Shown piece after piece: positions 28,145 to 38,405 of a stretch of DNA of 64,000 nucleotides (position 1 is its first letter; each line of letters opens with the position of its first letter). The notes beneath the pieces are model-generated. The model worked only from the letters and a program-made list of their open reading frames with translations, was not told where the DNA came from and ran no database searches. The stretch comes from Archangium sp. (GTDB taxonomy: Bacteria; Myxococcota; Myxococcia; Myxococcales; Myxococcaceae), in contig NZ_DASUNC010000017.1 in the NCBI RefSeq assembly GCF_036277355.1, positions 3,873 to 67,872 of the forward strand, read 5' to 3'. The translations under genes and the position numbers were made by a program.

Positions 28145-28705
28145 TCAGGGCTTTGTTTCCGTCCAGGTGATGCGGAAGGTTACGCCCTCATCGTCAAAGT
28201 GGCGCAGCACCGCCCGCATGTTCAGATCGCCCGCGCCGCGCGCCGAGCCCTGGACGATTCCATGCTTGAAGTGGCGCAGCAGACCGCGCTCGTTCAACCA
28301 CAGGTCCACCTCGGTGGGCCCCAGATCCGTGATGAGGGCCTCCTGGTAGTTGTTGCCCGCGCGGAAGTTCTGCCGCACGCGCGACAGTCTGCGCTTGGGA
28401 TTCATCAGCCGCAGCACGCCGAAGATGGCGCGGCCCAGCATCGTCTCGCTGTACCCCTCGATGTGCCGCTCGCCGAGCAGCCGGAAGCCCTCGGCTTCCG
28501 ACTTCTCCGGGTGCAACGTCTTCGCCGCCAGGCCCACGCACCGCTCCCACACCTCGACCGGGTAGGCCGGCAACAGCCGCTTGTCCAGGTCCAGCCCCGC
28601 CTGCTTCAACTGCTGCCGGAGGTTGGGCGAGATCTTCGGGCCGATTCCCCGGACGAAAAGCCCCTCGACGGTCTGATCGAAAACGAGTCTCTCGTTCTTC
28701 AACAT
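28145..28705 (-). CDS. DUF2378 / TIGR02265 family protein (second paralog)
   Basis: ATG 28705 with AAGGAAG RBS. MLKNERLVFDQTVEGLFVRGIG... Lies 116 nt downstream of the HK on the same strand. Confidence 0.65.
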   Translation of the reverse strand: MLKNERLVFDQTVEGLFVRGIGPKISPNLRQQLKQAGLDLDKRLLPAYPVEVWERCVGLAAKTLHPEKSEAEGFRLLGERHIEGYSETMLGRAIFGVLRLMNPKRRLSRVRQNFRAGNNYQEALITDLGPTEVDLWLNERGLLRHFKHGIVQGSARGAGDLNMRAVLRHFDDEGVTFRITWTETKP

Positions 28706-28821
28706 GGCGTTACTTCCTTGCTGTGCCCAGACCCATGGGTCAGGCCCCCTTGGCACGCAGGCACCCCACTTATGGCGTCGTGACCGCAGCCTACCATGGG
28801 ACTACCTCGCGCGGGGTGGGT

Positions 28822-30480
28822 CTAGCCCGAGGCAGGGCCCGTCCACAAGCGGGGAGCCGCCTCCACCACCGCGAAGGCCGCCCCCCGTTGCTGTTGTAGC
28901 TCCGGTGGCAACAACTCCAGGCTGGCCCCGAAGGCCCGCAGCATGGACTGGGCGATCGTCAGGCCGAGCCCCGTGCCTCCCCGCTCGCGGGCCGTGGTGA
29001 AGAAGGCGTCGAAGACGCGGGCCCGGTTGGACTCGGAGATGCCCCTGCCATCGTCGCGCACCACCACCCGGGCCCTCCCCTCCCCGGCCACGTCCGCCTC
29101 CAGCCGCACGTGCACCCCCTCGCCCCCATGCTGGGCGGCGTTGGTGATGAGCTGCCAGACGATGTCCTCCAGCACCTCGGCGGGCAGGCCCAGGACGAGC
29201 CCCGCGGGCACCGCCCCCACCTCCACGGCCAGCCCCCGCGCCCGGCCCCGCTCGGCCAGCGCCGCCAGCAGCGGGCCCACCTCCGTCCGCGCGGGCCGGG
29301 CCACCAGCGAGTCCGCCCGGGCCAGCTCCAGCAGCCGCTGCACCAGCCGGGTGAGCCGCCGGGCATCCGCGTCGATGTTGGCGAGGAAGCGCTCGCGCTG
29401 CTCGGGGGACATGGCGCCGGCGCTGTCGCGCAGCAGCTCCACCGCGCCCTGGATGGAGGCCAGCGGCGTCTTGAACTCGTGCGACACGTTGGCCGCGAAG
29501 GAGCGGATGTACTGGTTGCGATCCCTCAGCGCCGTGGCCATGCCGGCCAGGGACTCGGAGAGCTCGGCGAGCTCCTCCACCACCGGGCGCGCCACCGGCT
29601 CGAAGCCCTCGGGCGCGCTGGCGGCGATGGCGCGCGTCTGCCGCACCAGGGCCCTCACCGGGCGGACCACCAGCGCCGCCGCGGCCAGTGACATCAACGC
29701 CACCACGCCCAGCAGCACCAGCCCGGTGGCCGTGAGGTTCCACCGGTCCGCGTAGAGGGCCTTGGCGAACGTCATGGGCGTGCGGGAGAGCAGCACCGCG
29801 CCCCACACCCGCTCGCCCTCGAGCACCGGCAGCACCACCGTGACGCGCACCCCGGTGTCGCGGCTCAGCGAGGCGAGCGGTGCGTCCTCGGGATCGGCGA
29901 GGCGCCGGCGCAGGACGCTGCGAGGCTCGCCGCGCAGGGCACGCTGGACCTCCTGCCGGGCCACCAACGTGGTCCCCAGCCCCATGGAGCTGCTGGCCAC
30001 CACCACGCCCTGGGCATCCATCACGCGGATGCCCGCCAGGGTGGAGCGCCGCACCTGGGCGAGCAGCGGAGAGAGCTGCTTGCCGGCCTCGCGGGCACGA
30101 GGCTCCGCGGGGATGGCGGAGACGGGGGGATCCTCCATCGCGGGCAACGCCTCGTCCGAGGCCCGGAGCGAGGGAAGGATGGGCCGCAGCTCCGAGTCCG
30201 AGGGCGACGCGAAGGGCCAGGACGCGAGCCGGGTCACGCCATAGTCCTCCGTCCCGACCTTCTCGCGCAGCAGCTCGCCGTAGAGCGAGGCGACCACGAC
30301 GCCCTGGGCGATGAGCTCGGACTCCGTCTGGCGGATGAGCTGGTTGTCGTAGACGCGGACGAACGCCAGGCCGAGCAGCGCGATGATCAGCGCTCCCAGC
30401 CCCACCGCGGCGAAGACCATCCACAGGCGCGGGCGGGCGCGCTGGCGGTCAGGGGATCGCGAGCCGGTAGCCAAGGCCAT
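28822..30480 (-). CDS. Sensor histidine kinase (two TM, periplasmic sensor, HAMP, HisKA, HATPase_c)
   Basis: H-box SHEFKTPLASIQGAVELL; G boxes GGTGLGLTIAQ. The ATG at 30480 overlaps the RR stop by 32 nt; the alternative ATG at 30420 gives a 28-nt gap. Confidence 0.8.
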   Translation of the reverse strand: MALATGSRSPDRQRARPRLWMVFAAVGLGALIIALLGLAFVRVYDNQLIRQTESELIAQGVVVASLYGELLREKVGTEDYGVTRLASWPFASPSDSELRPILPSLRASDEALPAMEDPPVSAIPAEPRAREAGKQLSPLLAQVRRSTLAGIRVMDAQGVVVASSSMGLGTTLVARQEVQRALRGEPRSVLRRRLADPEDAPLASLSRDTGVRVTVVLPVLEGERVWGAVLLSRTPMTFAKALYADRWNLTATGLVLLGVVALMSLAAAALVVRPVRALVRQTRAIAASAPEGFEPVARPVVEELAELSESLAGMATALRDRNQYIRSFAANVSHEFKTPLASIQGAVELLRDSAGAMSPEQRERFLANIDADARRLTRLVQRLLELARADSLVARPARTEVGPLLAALAERGRARGLAVEVGAVPAGLVLGLPAEVLEDIVWQLITNAAQHGGEGVHVRLEADVAGEGRARVVVRDDGRGISESNRARVFDAFFTTARERGGTGLGLTIAQSMLRAFGASLELLPPELQQQRGAAFAVVEAAPRLWTGPASG

Positions 30481-31156
30481 GCACCGTCTGGATGACTTCG
30501 CCTCCCGCCGAGGCGAACTTCTGCCGGATGTGCCGCACGTGACTGTCGATGGTGCGATCACTCACCACCACGTCCTCGTAGACGCGCGTCATCAATTCGT
30601 CGCGGGTGAAGGCCTTGCCGGGTGCGCGCAGGAGCGCGGTGAGCAGGTGGAACTCGGTGACGGTGAGCACCACCTCCTGACCGTTCCAGTACGCGCGCCA
30701 CAGGTCCAGGTCCATCCGCAGGGGCCCGCGCAGCAGCACCTGGGCGGGCGAGGGAGCGGGCGCGGAGGGCGCGGGGCTCGCGGTGGCACGGGCCCGCCGC
30801 AGCACGGCCTTGACGCGCGCCACCAGCTCGCGCGGGCTGAAGGGCTTGGCGATGTAGTCATCTCCGCCCAGCTCCAGTCCGAGGATCCGGTCCACCTCGT
30901 CATCGCGCGAGGAGAGGAACACGATGGGGACCTCGTGGGCGCGGCGGACCTCGCGGCACATCTCCAGCCCATCCATCTCGGGCATCATGATGTCCAGGAC
31001 GATGAGCGCGGGCACGGAGCGGCGCACCTGCTCCAGGCCGGCACGTCCGTTGGAGGACTGCTCGACGTGGAAGCCCGCCTGCGAGAGGGCGAAGCCCACC
31101 ACCTCGCGCAGGTGCGGATCATCATCGACCACCAGGATGGAAGGACGTTCGGTCAC
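30449..31156 (-). CDS. OmpR-family response regulator
   Basis: REC domain (ILVVDDD...D..MPEMDG), with a winged-helix ending TVHGLGYRL. Confidence 0.9.
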   Translation of the reverse strand: MTERPSILVVDDDPHLREVVGFALSQAGFHVEQSSNGRAGLEQVRRSVPALIVLDIMMPEMDGLEMCREVRRAHEVPIVFLSSRDDEVDRILGLELGGDDYIAKPFSPRELVARVKAVLRRARATASPAPSAPAPSPAQVLLRGPLRMDLDLWRAYWNGQEVVLTVTEFHLLTALLRAPGKAFTRDELMTRVYEDVVVSDRTIDSHVRHIRQKFASAGGEVIQTVHGLGYRLAIP

Positions 31157-31261
31157 GGCGTCCCGGACGCTAGGCCACCCCCTCCGTTCCCGGCAACAGT
31201 CTGATTAGATGCGCGCGAAGCCTCCGGTATGGCGTGCCGATGATCGGCGCCCCTCCGGAGC

Positions 31262-32728
31262 ATGGGGGCACCGATGTCGATGAACCACGAGCCGGTGAGG
31301 AACGAGTACCTGGATCAGGTCCGCGAGCAGCAGCAGCGCCTCGAGGTGGACCTGAAGGCACGCAAGGCCGTGATGCCCATGGCCCAGGCTCAGATGGCGC
31401 CGAGAGCCGCCCGGAACTTCGTCGCGCCCCCTCGCGAGATTCCAGGCAACGCCGTGGACGTGCGCATCACCGGCTTCTGGAGGTGGAAGACGGTCGTGGT
31501 TCCGCCCAACGCCTATGTCGTGCACACCCGCCGGGGCCATGCCCAGCCGCTGCACATCGGCCTGGGCGTGTCCTTCCGCTTCAACCCGGCGACGGACTCG
31601 TTCCTCGTCGTACCGGGGGCCATGCAGACCATCCTCATCAACGCGCACTGCATCTGCCGCGAGCTGCAGGGGCTGCTGGTGCAGGGCTACGTGCAGTGGA
31701 TCATCGAGGACTTCGCCACCGCGTACAAGAAGCTCGACTTCACGGACGCCGAGGACCCGATGCGGGTGGTGAACGTGCAGCTGCGCGAGCAGGCCGAGGC
31801 CGCCATCAAGGACAAGGTGGCCACCATGAGCATCGACGCGGTGCTCTCGGACAAGCAGCCGATCATCGAGGAGCTCACGGCGCGCCTGCGCCATGTGGCC
31901 GAGGGCGGCGGCGGCGGCGACAAGGGCCTGGGGCTGCGCATCGTCACGGTGCAGATCAAGGAGGCGGTGGTGAGCTCGGGGAGGCTCTGGGAGAGCCTGC
32001 AGAAGCCCTTCCGGGCCGAGCGCGAGCGCGTGGCGCGGCTGGCGACGCTGGAAACGGAGGAGGCCATCAACCACCGGGAGCTGGAGGTGGAGCAGCAGCG
32101 CGAGCGGACACGGCTGGAGACCGACGGAGAGCTGGCGATCCTTCGTGCGCGCAAGGAGGCGGAGGCGTACGACCGCGATCAGGCCGAGCGGCTGCGGCGC
32201 CAGCAGCGCGAGGAGGAGGACGCCCGGAAGCTGGCCGTCGAGCGGCAGCAATCCGCGCTCCAGACGGCCGAGTTGGAGAAGGCGCGCCTGGTGGTGGAGG
32301 CGGAGCTGACGAAGCAGAAGCAGGAGGCCGAGGCCGCCCAGCGCAAGCGCGAGGCCCTGGCGGCCATCGAGCTGCTGGACACGCAGCGGGCGGCGGCCAA
32401 CCGGCAGAAGCGGGTGGAGCTGGAGCTGCTGGAACAGCGCCAGCGCATCCTCAACGGTCTCAGCTCGGCCAACCTCCAGGCGAGGATGGTGGAGCTGCTG
32501 CCGTCCATCGCCGAGAAGATGCCTCGGCCCCAGGAGCTGCGCTCCGTCACCATCGGCGGAGGCGCGGGCGCCCAGGAGGGCCAGGCACTCACCACGCTGG
32601 TGGCGCAGATGATGGCGCTGGTGGGGGCGATGCGGCCCGAGGGCGAACCAGCCACCCCCGAGCAAACAGCCACCGCGTCCATTTCCCCTCGCCCTCCGGG
32701 AGAGGGACGGGGTGAGGGTATCGGGTGA
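31262..32728 (+). CDS. SPFH/band-7 (flotillin-like) domain protein with long coiled-coil and Gly-rich C-terminus
   Basis: SPFH core followed by an E/R/Q-rich coiled coil (ELEVEQQRERTRLE...). Alternative starts at 31274 or 31280 have a better SD spacing. Confidence 0.75.
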   Translation: MGAPMSMNHEPVRNEYLDQVREQQQRLEVDLKARKAVMPMAQAQMAPRAARNFVAPPREIPGNAVDVRITGFWRWKTVVVPPNAYVVHTRRGHAQPLHIGLGVSFRFNPATDSFLVVPGAMQTILINAHCICRELQGLLVQGYVQWIIEDFATAYKKLDFTDAEDPMRVVNVQLREQAEAAIKDKVATMSIDAVLSDKQPIIEELTARLRHVAEGGGGGDKGLGLRIVTVQIKEAVVSSGRLWESLQKPFRAERERVARLATLETEEAINHRELEVEQQRERTRLETDGELAILRARKEAEAYDRDQAERLRRQQREEEDARKLAVERQQSALQTAELEKARLVVEAELTKQKQEAEAAQRKREALAAIELLDTQRAAANRQKRVELELLEQRQRILNGLSSANLQARMVELLPSIAEKMPRPQELRSVTIGGGAGAQEGQALTTLVAQMMALVGAMRPEGEPATPEQTATASISPRPPGEGRGEGIG

Positions 32729-32753
32729 ACCCGGGTTGAATCCCTGGCAGGCG

Positions 32754-33626
32754 TTACCGTGTCGCGTGCGCGAACACCTGCCGGGAGAGGTCCGCGATGA
32801 GCGAGCGGGCCACCTTCTCGTCCGGGATGCCGCTGGTGAGCACCACGAGGACGTAGGGAGGCTTGCCGGACGGATAGACGGTGGCGGCGTCGTGGAGGAC
32901 GCCGGAGATCTGCCCCGTCTTGTGCGCCACGGGCGTGCCCGGCGGCAGGCCCGCGGGGATCTCCAGGTTCAGCTCCTGGGCCAGGAGGATGGTGCGCATG
33001 GCCTGCGTGGAGGCAGGTGACGCCGCCCTCCCCTGCTCGATGGCGGTCATCAGGGTGGCGAGGTCCCGCGCCGTCGCGGTGTTGTTGAGGCCCTTCTGGA
33101 ACGCCTTCCCATCCTCCACGCCGCGCAGCACGGTCATCTGGCGGGCCCCGAGCGAGCGCAGCGTCTTGGTGACGCGCCTGGCGTCCACCAGGGCGATGAC
33201 GGTGTTGGTGGCCAGGTTGCTCGAGCGGGTGATCATCCGCTCGACGAGCTCACGCGCCGGCACCGGCTTGCCGAGCCGCTCATAGAGGGACGCATCCTCG
33301 TCGTCCTTGGAGTCCAGGGCATACGGCGAACCGTCCACGATGGAGGCGAACTGGTTGGAGAGGGTCAACTCCTGGCCCACGGACAGCTTGCCGGCATCCA
33401 CCTGGCGGAAGAACTCGATCATCACCGGCACCTTCATGGTGCTGGCCGCATGGAAGGAGCGATCGGCCTCCAGGAAGAGCGAGTCCCTGGGATTGCCGAG
33501 GTGCTGGTAGGCGACGGCCACGGTGGCCCCCTTCACCTGGGCGATGCGCGCCTGGAGGGAGGCGCGGAGGGTGTCGGTACCAGAGGGCGTCGCGGCGAGG
33601 AGGACGAGGAGCGCGGTGGAGAGCAT
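32754..33626 (-). CDS. Class A beta-lactamase family serine hydrolase
   Basis: Signal peptide; STMK (SxxK), SSN (SDN-like), HKTG (KTG), E..LN omega-loop. ATG at 33626; the track start 33689 is a GTG extension. Confidence 0.65.
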   Translation of the reverse strand: MLSTALLVLLAATPSGTDTLRASLQARIAQVKGATVAVAYQHLGNPRDSLFLEADRSFHAASTMKVPVMIEFFRQVDAGKLSVGQELTLSNQFASIVDGSPYALDSKDDEDASLYERLGKPVPARELVERMITRSSNLATNTVIALVDARRVTKTLRSLGARQMTVLRGVEDGKAFQKGLNNTATARDLATLMTAIEQGRAASPASTQAMRTILLAQELNLEIPAGLPPGTPVAHKTGQISGVLHDAATVYPSGKPPYVLVVLTSGIPDEKVARSLIADLSRQVFAHATR

Positions 33627-33758
33627 GGGTGCAGGGGGAGAATATTTGCCAGAGAAGTATCTGCCCCTTGCGCTACAGCCAACCAACACGCGCTTCCCCG
33701 CCGCGTGCCGCTCCGACTCGTCCCGCGGACTTCAGGGGAGACAGGGGCGCTCCGGCCG

Positions 33759-35264
33759 TCAAAGGCCTATCACCGACACCGGCGTGCTGCGGTTGGTGGT
33801 CGTCCCATCCCCCAGCTGGCCGTAGGCATTGTGGCCGCAGGTCTTGAGGGTGCCGTCCCCCGCCATCGCCAGGAGGTGGCCGGCCACCTCGATGAGCGCG
33901 ATGCCCGTGAGGCCCGGCACCAGGTAGGGGGCCAGCCGGTTGGTGGTCGTCCCGTCACACACCTGACCAAAGGCGTTGTAGCCCCAGGTCCGCACGGTGC
34001 CATCGCTCTTCAGTGCCGCCGAGTGATTGAACGCCGCGATGCGGGTGATGCCGCTGAGGCCCGGCACCGTCACCGGCGTCAACCGGTGGGTGGTGGTTCC
34101 GTCTCCGATGGCACCGTAGCCGTTGTAGCCCCAGGCCCGCACGGTGCCGTCACTCATCACCGCCATCGAGTGGTCGCTCCCCGCGGTGGCCTGGGTGACC
34201 CCCACGAGGCCCGGGACCGTCACCGGCGTCAGGCGGTTGGTGGTGGTTCCATCCCCGATCTGGCCGAAGTTGTTGGCGCCCCAGGTCCGCACGGTGCCGT
34301 CCGTCTTCAGCGCCACCGCGTGGTAGAAGCCCCCGGAGAGGGTGCTCACCCCGGTGAGGCCCGACACCTTCACCGGCGTCAGGCGGTTGGTGGTGGTTCC
34401 GTCCCCCAACTGGCCCGAGCTGTTCAGGCCCCAGGCCCACACGGTGCCGTCGTTCTGCAACGCCAGGGAGAAATAGAGGCCCGCGGAGATGGCGGTGATG
34501 CCGGAGAGGCCCGGCACCCTCACGGGCGTCAGACGGTTGGTGGTGGTGCCGTCCCCCAGCTGGCCCGAGCCGTTCAAGCCCCAGGTCCACACGGTGCCGT
34601 CCGTCTTCAGCGCCATCGAGTGCCCACCATTGGCCGAGAGCGCCATGACGCCGCTCAGGCCCGACACCGACACCGGCGTCGAGCGATGGGTGGTGGTGCC
34701 ATCTCCCACCGCGCCGTTGGTGTTGTAACCCCAGCCCTTGACGGTGCCGTCGCTCTTGAGCGCCAGGGAGTGCGAGCCGCCTCCGGCGACGGCTCGACAG
34801 GTCTGCGTCACCGATTGGGTGAGGACCTTCGACGTGGCGTAGCAGGTGGTGCGGTTGCCCGCGCTGTCGATGACCATGGGCCAGGCCTTCACCTGGAAGG
34901 TCTGCGTCCCACAGCCCATCTCCCCGCTGAAGTACCAGGTGCCCGAGCTCCCCACCCGCTCCTCCACGGCCTGCAGCACCCCTCCCAGCGTGTACTCCAG
35001 CCGCACCGCGTTGGCCCCGGTGGACACCCCGAAGGAGCCGCTCCCCGCCACCACGAACTCGTAGGAGCTGATCCCGGAGATCGTCAGGGTGGAGACGCTC
35101 AGCCCCGCGCACAGCTCCGACTCCCGGGTGCCCAGGGGCTCCTCCGGGAGCGCCCCCATCTCCTCTGGATTGCCACAGGCCACCACCAGCCCCACACACA
35201 ACAAGAACCATGAGCGGAAACGGATGGCCGGTCGCGACACGGGGACTCCTCTTCGAAAATCCAT
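33759..35264 (-). CDS. RCC1-repeat (beta-propeller) lipoprotein
   Basis: Lipobox LLCVGLVVAC|GN. Seven or more repeats of GWG.N..GQLGDGTTTNRLTPV.V.GL. ATG at 35264; the track's 35498 extension was rejected. Confidence 0.75.
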   Translation of the reverse strand: MDFRRGVPVSRPAIRFRSWFLLCVGLVVACGNPEEMGALPEEPLGTRESELCAGLSVSTLTISGISSYEFVVAGSGSFGVSTGANAVRLEYTLGGVLQAVEERVGSSGTWYFSGEMGCGTQTFQVKAWPMVIDSAGNRTTCYATSKVLTQSVTQTCRAVAGGGSHSLALKSDGTVKGWGYNTNGAVGDGTTTHRSTPVSVSGLSGVMALSANGGHSMALKTDGTVWTWGLNGSGQLGDGTTTNRLTPVRVPGLSGITAISAGLYFSLALQNDGTVWAWGLNSSGQLGDGTTTNRLTPVKVSGLTGVSTLSGGFYHAVALKTDGTVRTWGANNFGQIGDGTTTNRLTPVTVPGLVGVTQATAGSDHSMAVMSDGTVRAWGYNGYGAIGDGTTTHRLTPVTVPGLSGITRIAAFNHSAALKSDGTVRTWGYNAFGQVCDGTTTNRLAPYLVPGLTGIALIEVAGHLLAMAGDGTLKTCGHNAYGQLGDGTTTNRSTPVSVIGL

Positions 35265-35395
35265 GCACGGAGGGCGGAAAACAACACCCACAGTGTATTC
35301 CTGATTTAAAAAGAGAACAAGTTGCTCCGGGAGATGCGGCACAGGCGGAGTTGCTCCCCGTTGGGGCACCGGCGTTCTGCTGACGCCTTGCATCG

Positions 35396-36040
35396 GTGCT
35401 CGCCCTCGCCGAGCATCGGTTCGTGCCTCCACGCCCCTCCGAATCGAGCGCGGACACGGGTTCTCCACCGCCTCGCGTCCTGGCAGACGTCTTCGCACGC
35501 TCGCGCGTCCATGATGGGGCGCTCGTGCTTGGCGCCGCGCTGTTCACCGCGTTGCTCGCGCAGGTGGCCATCGCGGTGCCGGGCTCCCCGGTGCCCATCA
35601 CGGGCCAGACGCTCGCGGTCGTCCTCACGGCCGCCGCGCTCGGTCCCATGCGAGGCATGGCCGGACAGCTCGCCTACGTCCTGCTCGGGGCGGTGGGACT
35701 GCCATTCTATTCCAAGGGAGCCAGCGGCTGGGCACAGGTGCTCGGGCCGACCGGCGGCTACCTGGTGGGCTTCATCCCAGCCGCTTTCCTCATGGGCCTC
35801 GCGGCGCGGCGCGGCTTGGACAGGGTGGCGTGGAAGGCCGTCCCACTCTTCCTCGCGGGCCAGCTCGTCATCCTGGCCATCGGCGTGCCTTGGCTCTGCG
35901 TGGCGGCCCCGCTCGACCTCGCCACGGCCCTGCACAAGGGCTTTTTGCCCTTCCTCCCCGGTGGGTTGCTCAAGGCAACCCTTGCCGGCCTGTGGATGCC
36001 TCTCGCCTGGGGGCTCATACGACGAAGTCGCTCCAAGTGA
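35396..36040 (+). CDS. bioY: BioY-family biotin transporter (ECF S-component)
   Basis: LGPMRGMAGQLAYVLLGAVGLPFYSKGASG...LGPTGGYLVGFIPAAFLMG matches the BioY signature. The true start may be the internal GTG (VLADVF...), giving ~187 aa. Confidence 0.7.
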   Translation: MLALAEHRFVPPRPSESSADTGSPPPRVLADVFARSRVHDGALVLGAALFTALLAQVAIAVPGSPVPITGQTLAVVLTAAALGPMRGMAGQLAYVLLGAVGLPFYSKGASGWAQVLGPTGGYLVGFIPAAFLMGLAARRGLDRVAWKAVPLFLAGQLVILAIGVPWLCVAAPLDLATALHKGFLPFLPGGLLKATLAGLWMPLAWGLIRRSRSK

Positions 36041-36104
36041 GTGAAGACCCTCACACCTGGGTGCCGCGCTCGATCCGCTGCCGCTGAATGGCGGCTTCAC
36101 CGCT

Positions 36105-38405
36105 TCAGTCTCCAAGCACCGTCGCGACGGCCCGGTACTCCGGCCGCAGGATCCGCTCGGCCTCCGTGCCGGCCACGACCACCGGGAGCATCGCGCCCTC
36201 CAGCCCCGCCTCGGCCGAGAGCTTCACCGCGATGGGCGCCATCACCTTCGCCTCGATGAGCCGCTTCAAGGGCCGGGCGCCCAGCTTCGGGTCGTACCCG
36301 TGACGGGCCAGCCAGGCCCGCGCGTCCGGCTCCACCACCAGCCGCAGTCTGCGCCGCAACAGCCCCGCCCGGGAGGCCGCCTTCTCCAGCTCCAGGTCGA
36401 CGATCCGCAGCACATCCGCCTCCGACAGCCGGCGGAACGGAATGACGTGATCGATGCGGTTGAACAGCTCCGGCCGGAAGGTCTGCCGGATGGCGCGCAT
36501 GAAGTCCTCCGAGCCGCGCTCGGCCCCGAAGCCCGTGGGCTCCGACTGCTCGACGCCGAGGTTGCTCGTCATGCACACCACCGTCATCCGGAAGTCCACC
36601 AGCCTCCCGAGGCTGTCCGTCAGCCTCCCCTCCCCCAGGATGCCGAGCAGCAGATCGAACACCTCGGGGTGCGCCTTCTCGATCTCATCGAAGAGCACGA
36701 GCGACATCGGCTGTTGCCGCACCCGCTCGGCGAGGCTGGTGATTCCCGGGCCCACCTCCATCAACCGCTGGGCCGAGCCGGGCTGCATGTACTCGGACAT
36801 GTCGAGCCGGATCATCCGGTCCTCGTTGCCGAAGAGCGTGCGCGCGAGCTGCTTGGACAGCTCCGTCTTCCCCACGCCCGTGGGCCCGGCGAAGAGCAGC
36901 GTGCCCACCGGCTTCTCCGGATCGTTGAGCCCCGCCTTGAAGCGCGCCAGCACGCCCGCCGCCAGCTCGCAGGCGCGATCCTGCCCGATGACCCCCTGCC
37001 GCAACTGTCCCGCCAGCGAGGCCTGCTCTGCGGGCACCTCGTCACTGATGAGCTGGAGCGGCAGCCCCGTGTAGCGCGCGTAGGCCTCGGAGACATCGCG
37101 CGGATAGAGCGTCCGGGCCTTGCCCGGCTCGCCCTGCTGCTCCAGCCAGTCGAGGAAGCGGAAGGCCTTGCCCGGAAACAGGCTGTCGCGCTGGAACGTC
37201 TCCAGGTGCCCGACGAGCTGTCTCAACCCCAGGGCATGGATGCTCACCCGGCTGCGCTTCGCCGCCTGGTAGCGCAGCATCAGCTCCGGCACCTGCGAGG
37301 CCGGCGGAGGCTCGATGCGGATGATGCGGAAGGGCCGCAGCGACTCCGGGAAGCGCCGCTGGCAGCGCTCCAGCTCGGCCTCGGTGCACTCGGCGATCAG
37401 GGAGATCTCCCCGCTCATCGCCGCGGGCAGCAGCAGATCTCCAATGGACGAGCCGTCCGGCTGGGGCGCGAGGATCGACGTGAGCCGGTCCACGTAGAGG
37501 TAGTCGTTCTCGTTCGAGAGCGCGTCGACGATCTTCAGGCAGCGCTCCTGCCACATGCCCAGGTACACCATGCCGGCGACGATGCGCTCGGCGCTGGTGC
37601 GCCAGATCCTCGGCAGGCTCACCTTCTTGTCCTCACGCCGCTGCTCGGCGATCAGCCGCGCGAGCTTCAGCACCTGGCTCGTCTTGCCGGAGCCCGGGCC
37701 CCCCACGAGCAGCAGGGACTGCGGTGGCTGGCGCTGCGCGTGGGCGAGCCAGGAGCGCATCGACTCGGCGTCGTACACCAGTGCCGGCTGCCTGCCTCCC
37801 AGGGCGCGCGAGGTCAGCTCCTCGCTGATCTGCTCGAGGACTTCAGGAGGCCGCTCCTCGCCCGGGCCGCGCCGGTTGTCCCGCAGCAGCCAGCCGAGGT
37901 CCCAGCTGCTCACGTACTCCGCGCCCTCGTGGCGGAAGTCGTACAGCCCCTTGGGCTTCTCCCCGAGCAGCACGGTGGTGAGCGCGTTCTGCAACACCTC
38001 GCGCGCGATGGAGAGCTCCTCGAGCACGAACGACCAGCCGAAGCGCGGCACCCGCACGCGCCAGGCACCGCTCTCCAGCTTCCCGTAGACGTACGTCAGC
38101 TTGAGCGGGATCAGCGCCTTGGCGATCACCGGCCGCTTCTTGTGCACGGTCTGCGGGTGGATCTCCACGGTGATGGTCCGCGCCTCCAGGCTCTCCTCCC
38201 AGAGGAACCGACCGAGCCCGGCTGGGTTCTCGAGCATCATCAACCGGATGCGCGTCTCGAGCAGCGCGTAGATCTCCGCCTCGCTGTTGCCGTAGGCCGA
38301 GGGCGGAGGATCATCGAAGAAGCTGTCCCAGACCGGCAGGAGCTGCCCGGTGAGCCGGCCATCGTGGTGGGTGGTGAAGTAGACGCGAAGGCTCTTGTCG
38401 CTCAT
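36105..38405 (-). CDS. ClpA/ClpV-like double-AAA+ ATPase, paralog 3 (unrecognised ~190-aa N-domain; no C-terminal extension)
   Basis: D1 Walker A LLLVGGPGSGKTS. D2 LLFAGPTGVGKTELSKQLA, Walker B LVLFDEIEKAHPEVFDLLL, sensor MTSNLG, FRPELFNRID. No ClpB middle domain (Walker A1 to A2 is ~280 aa). The ATG (MSDKSLRVY) overlaps the upstream stop as ATGA. Confidence 0.8.
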   Translation of the reverse strand: MSDKSLRVYFTTHHDGRLTGQLLPVWDSFFDDPPPSAYGNSEAEIYALLETRIRLMMLENPAGLGRFLWEESLEARTITVEIHPQTVHKKRPVIAKALIPLKLTYVYGKLESGAWRVRVPRFGWSFVLEELSIAREVLQNALTTVLLGEKPKGLYDFRHEGAEYVSSWDLGWLLRDNRRGPGEERPPEVLEQISEELTSRALGGRQPALVYDAESMRSWLAHAQRQPPQSLLLVGGPGSGKTSQVLKLARLIAEQRREDKKVSLPRIWRTSAERIVAGMVYLGMWQERCLKIVDALSNENDYLYVDRLTSILAPQPDGSSIGDLLLPAAMSGEISLIAECTEAELERCQRRFPESLRPFRIIRIEPPPASQVPELMLRYQAAKRSRVSIHALGLRQLVGHLETFQRDSLFPGKAFRFLDWLEQQGEPGKARTLYPRDVSEAYARYTGLPLQLISDEVPAEQASLAGQLRQGVIGQDRACELAAGVLARFKAGLNDPEKPVGTLLFAGPTGVGKTELSKQLARTLFGNEDRMIRLDMSEYMQPGSAQRLMEVGPGITSLAERVRQQPMSLVLFDEIEKAHPEVFDLLLGILGEGRLTDSLGRLVDFRMTVVCMTSNLGVEQSEPTGFGAERGSEDFMRAIRQTFRPELFNRIDHVIPFRRLSEADVLRIVDLELEKAASRAGLLRRRLRLVVEPDARAWLARHGYDPKLGARPLKRLIEAKVMAPIAVKLSAEAGLEGAMLPVVVAGTEAERILRPEYRAVATVLGD

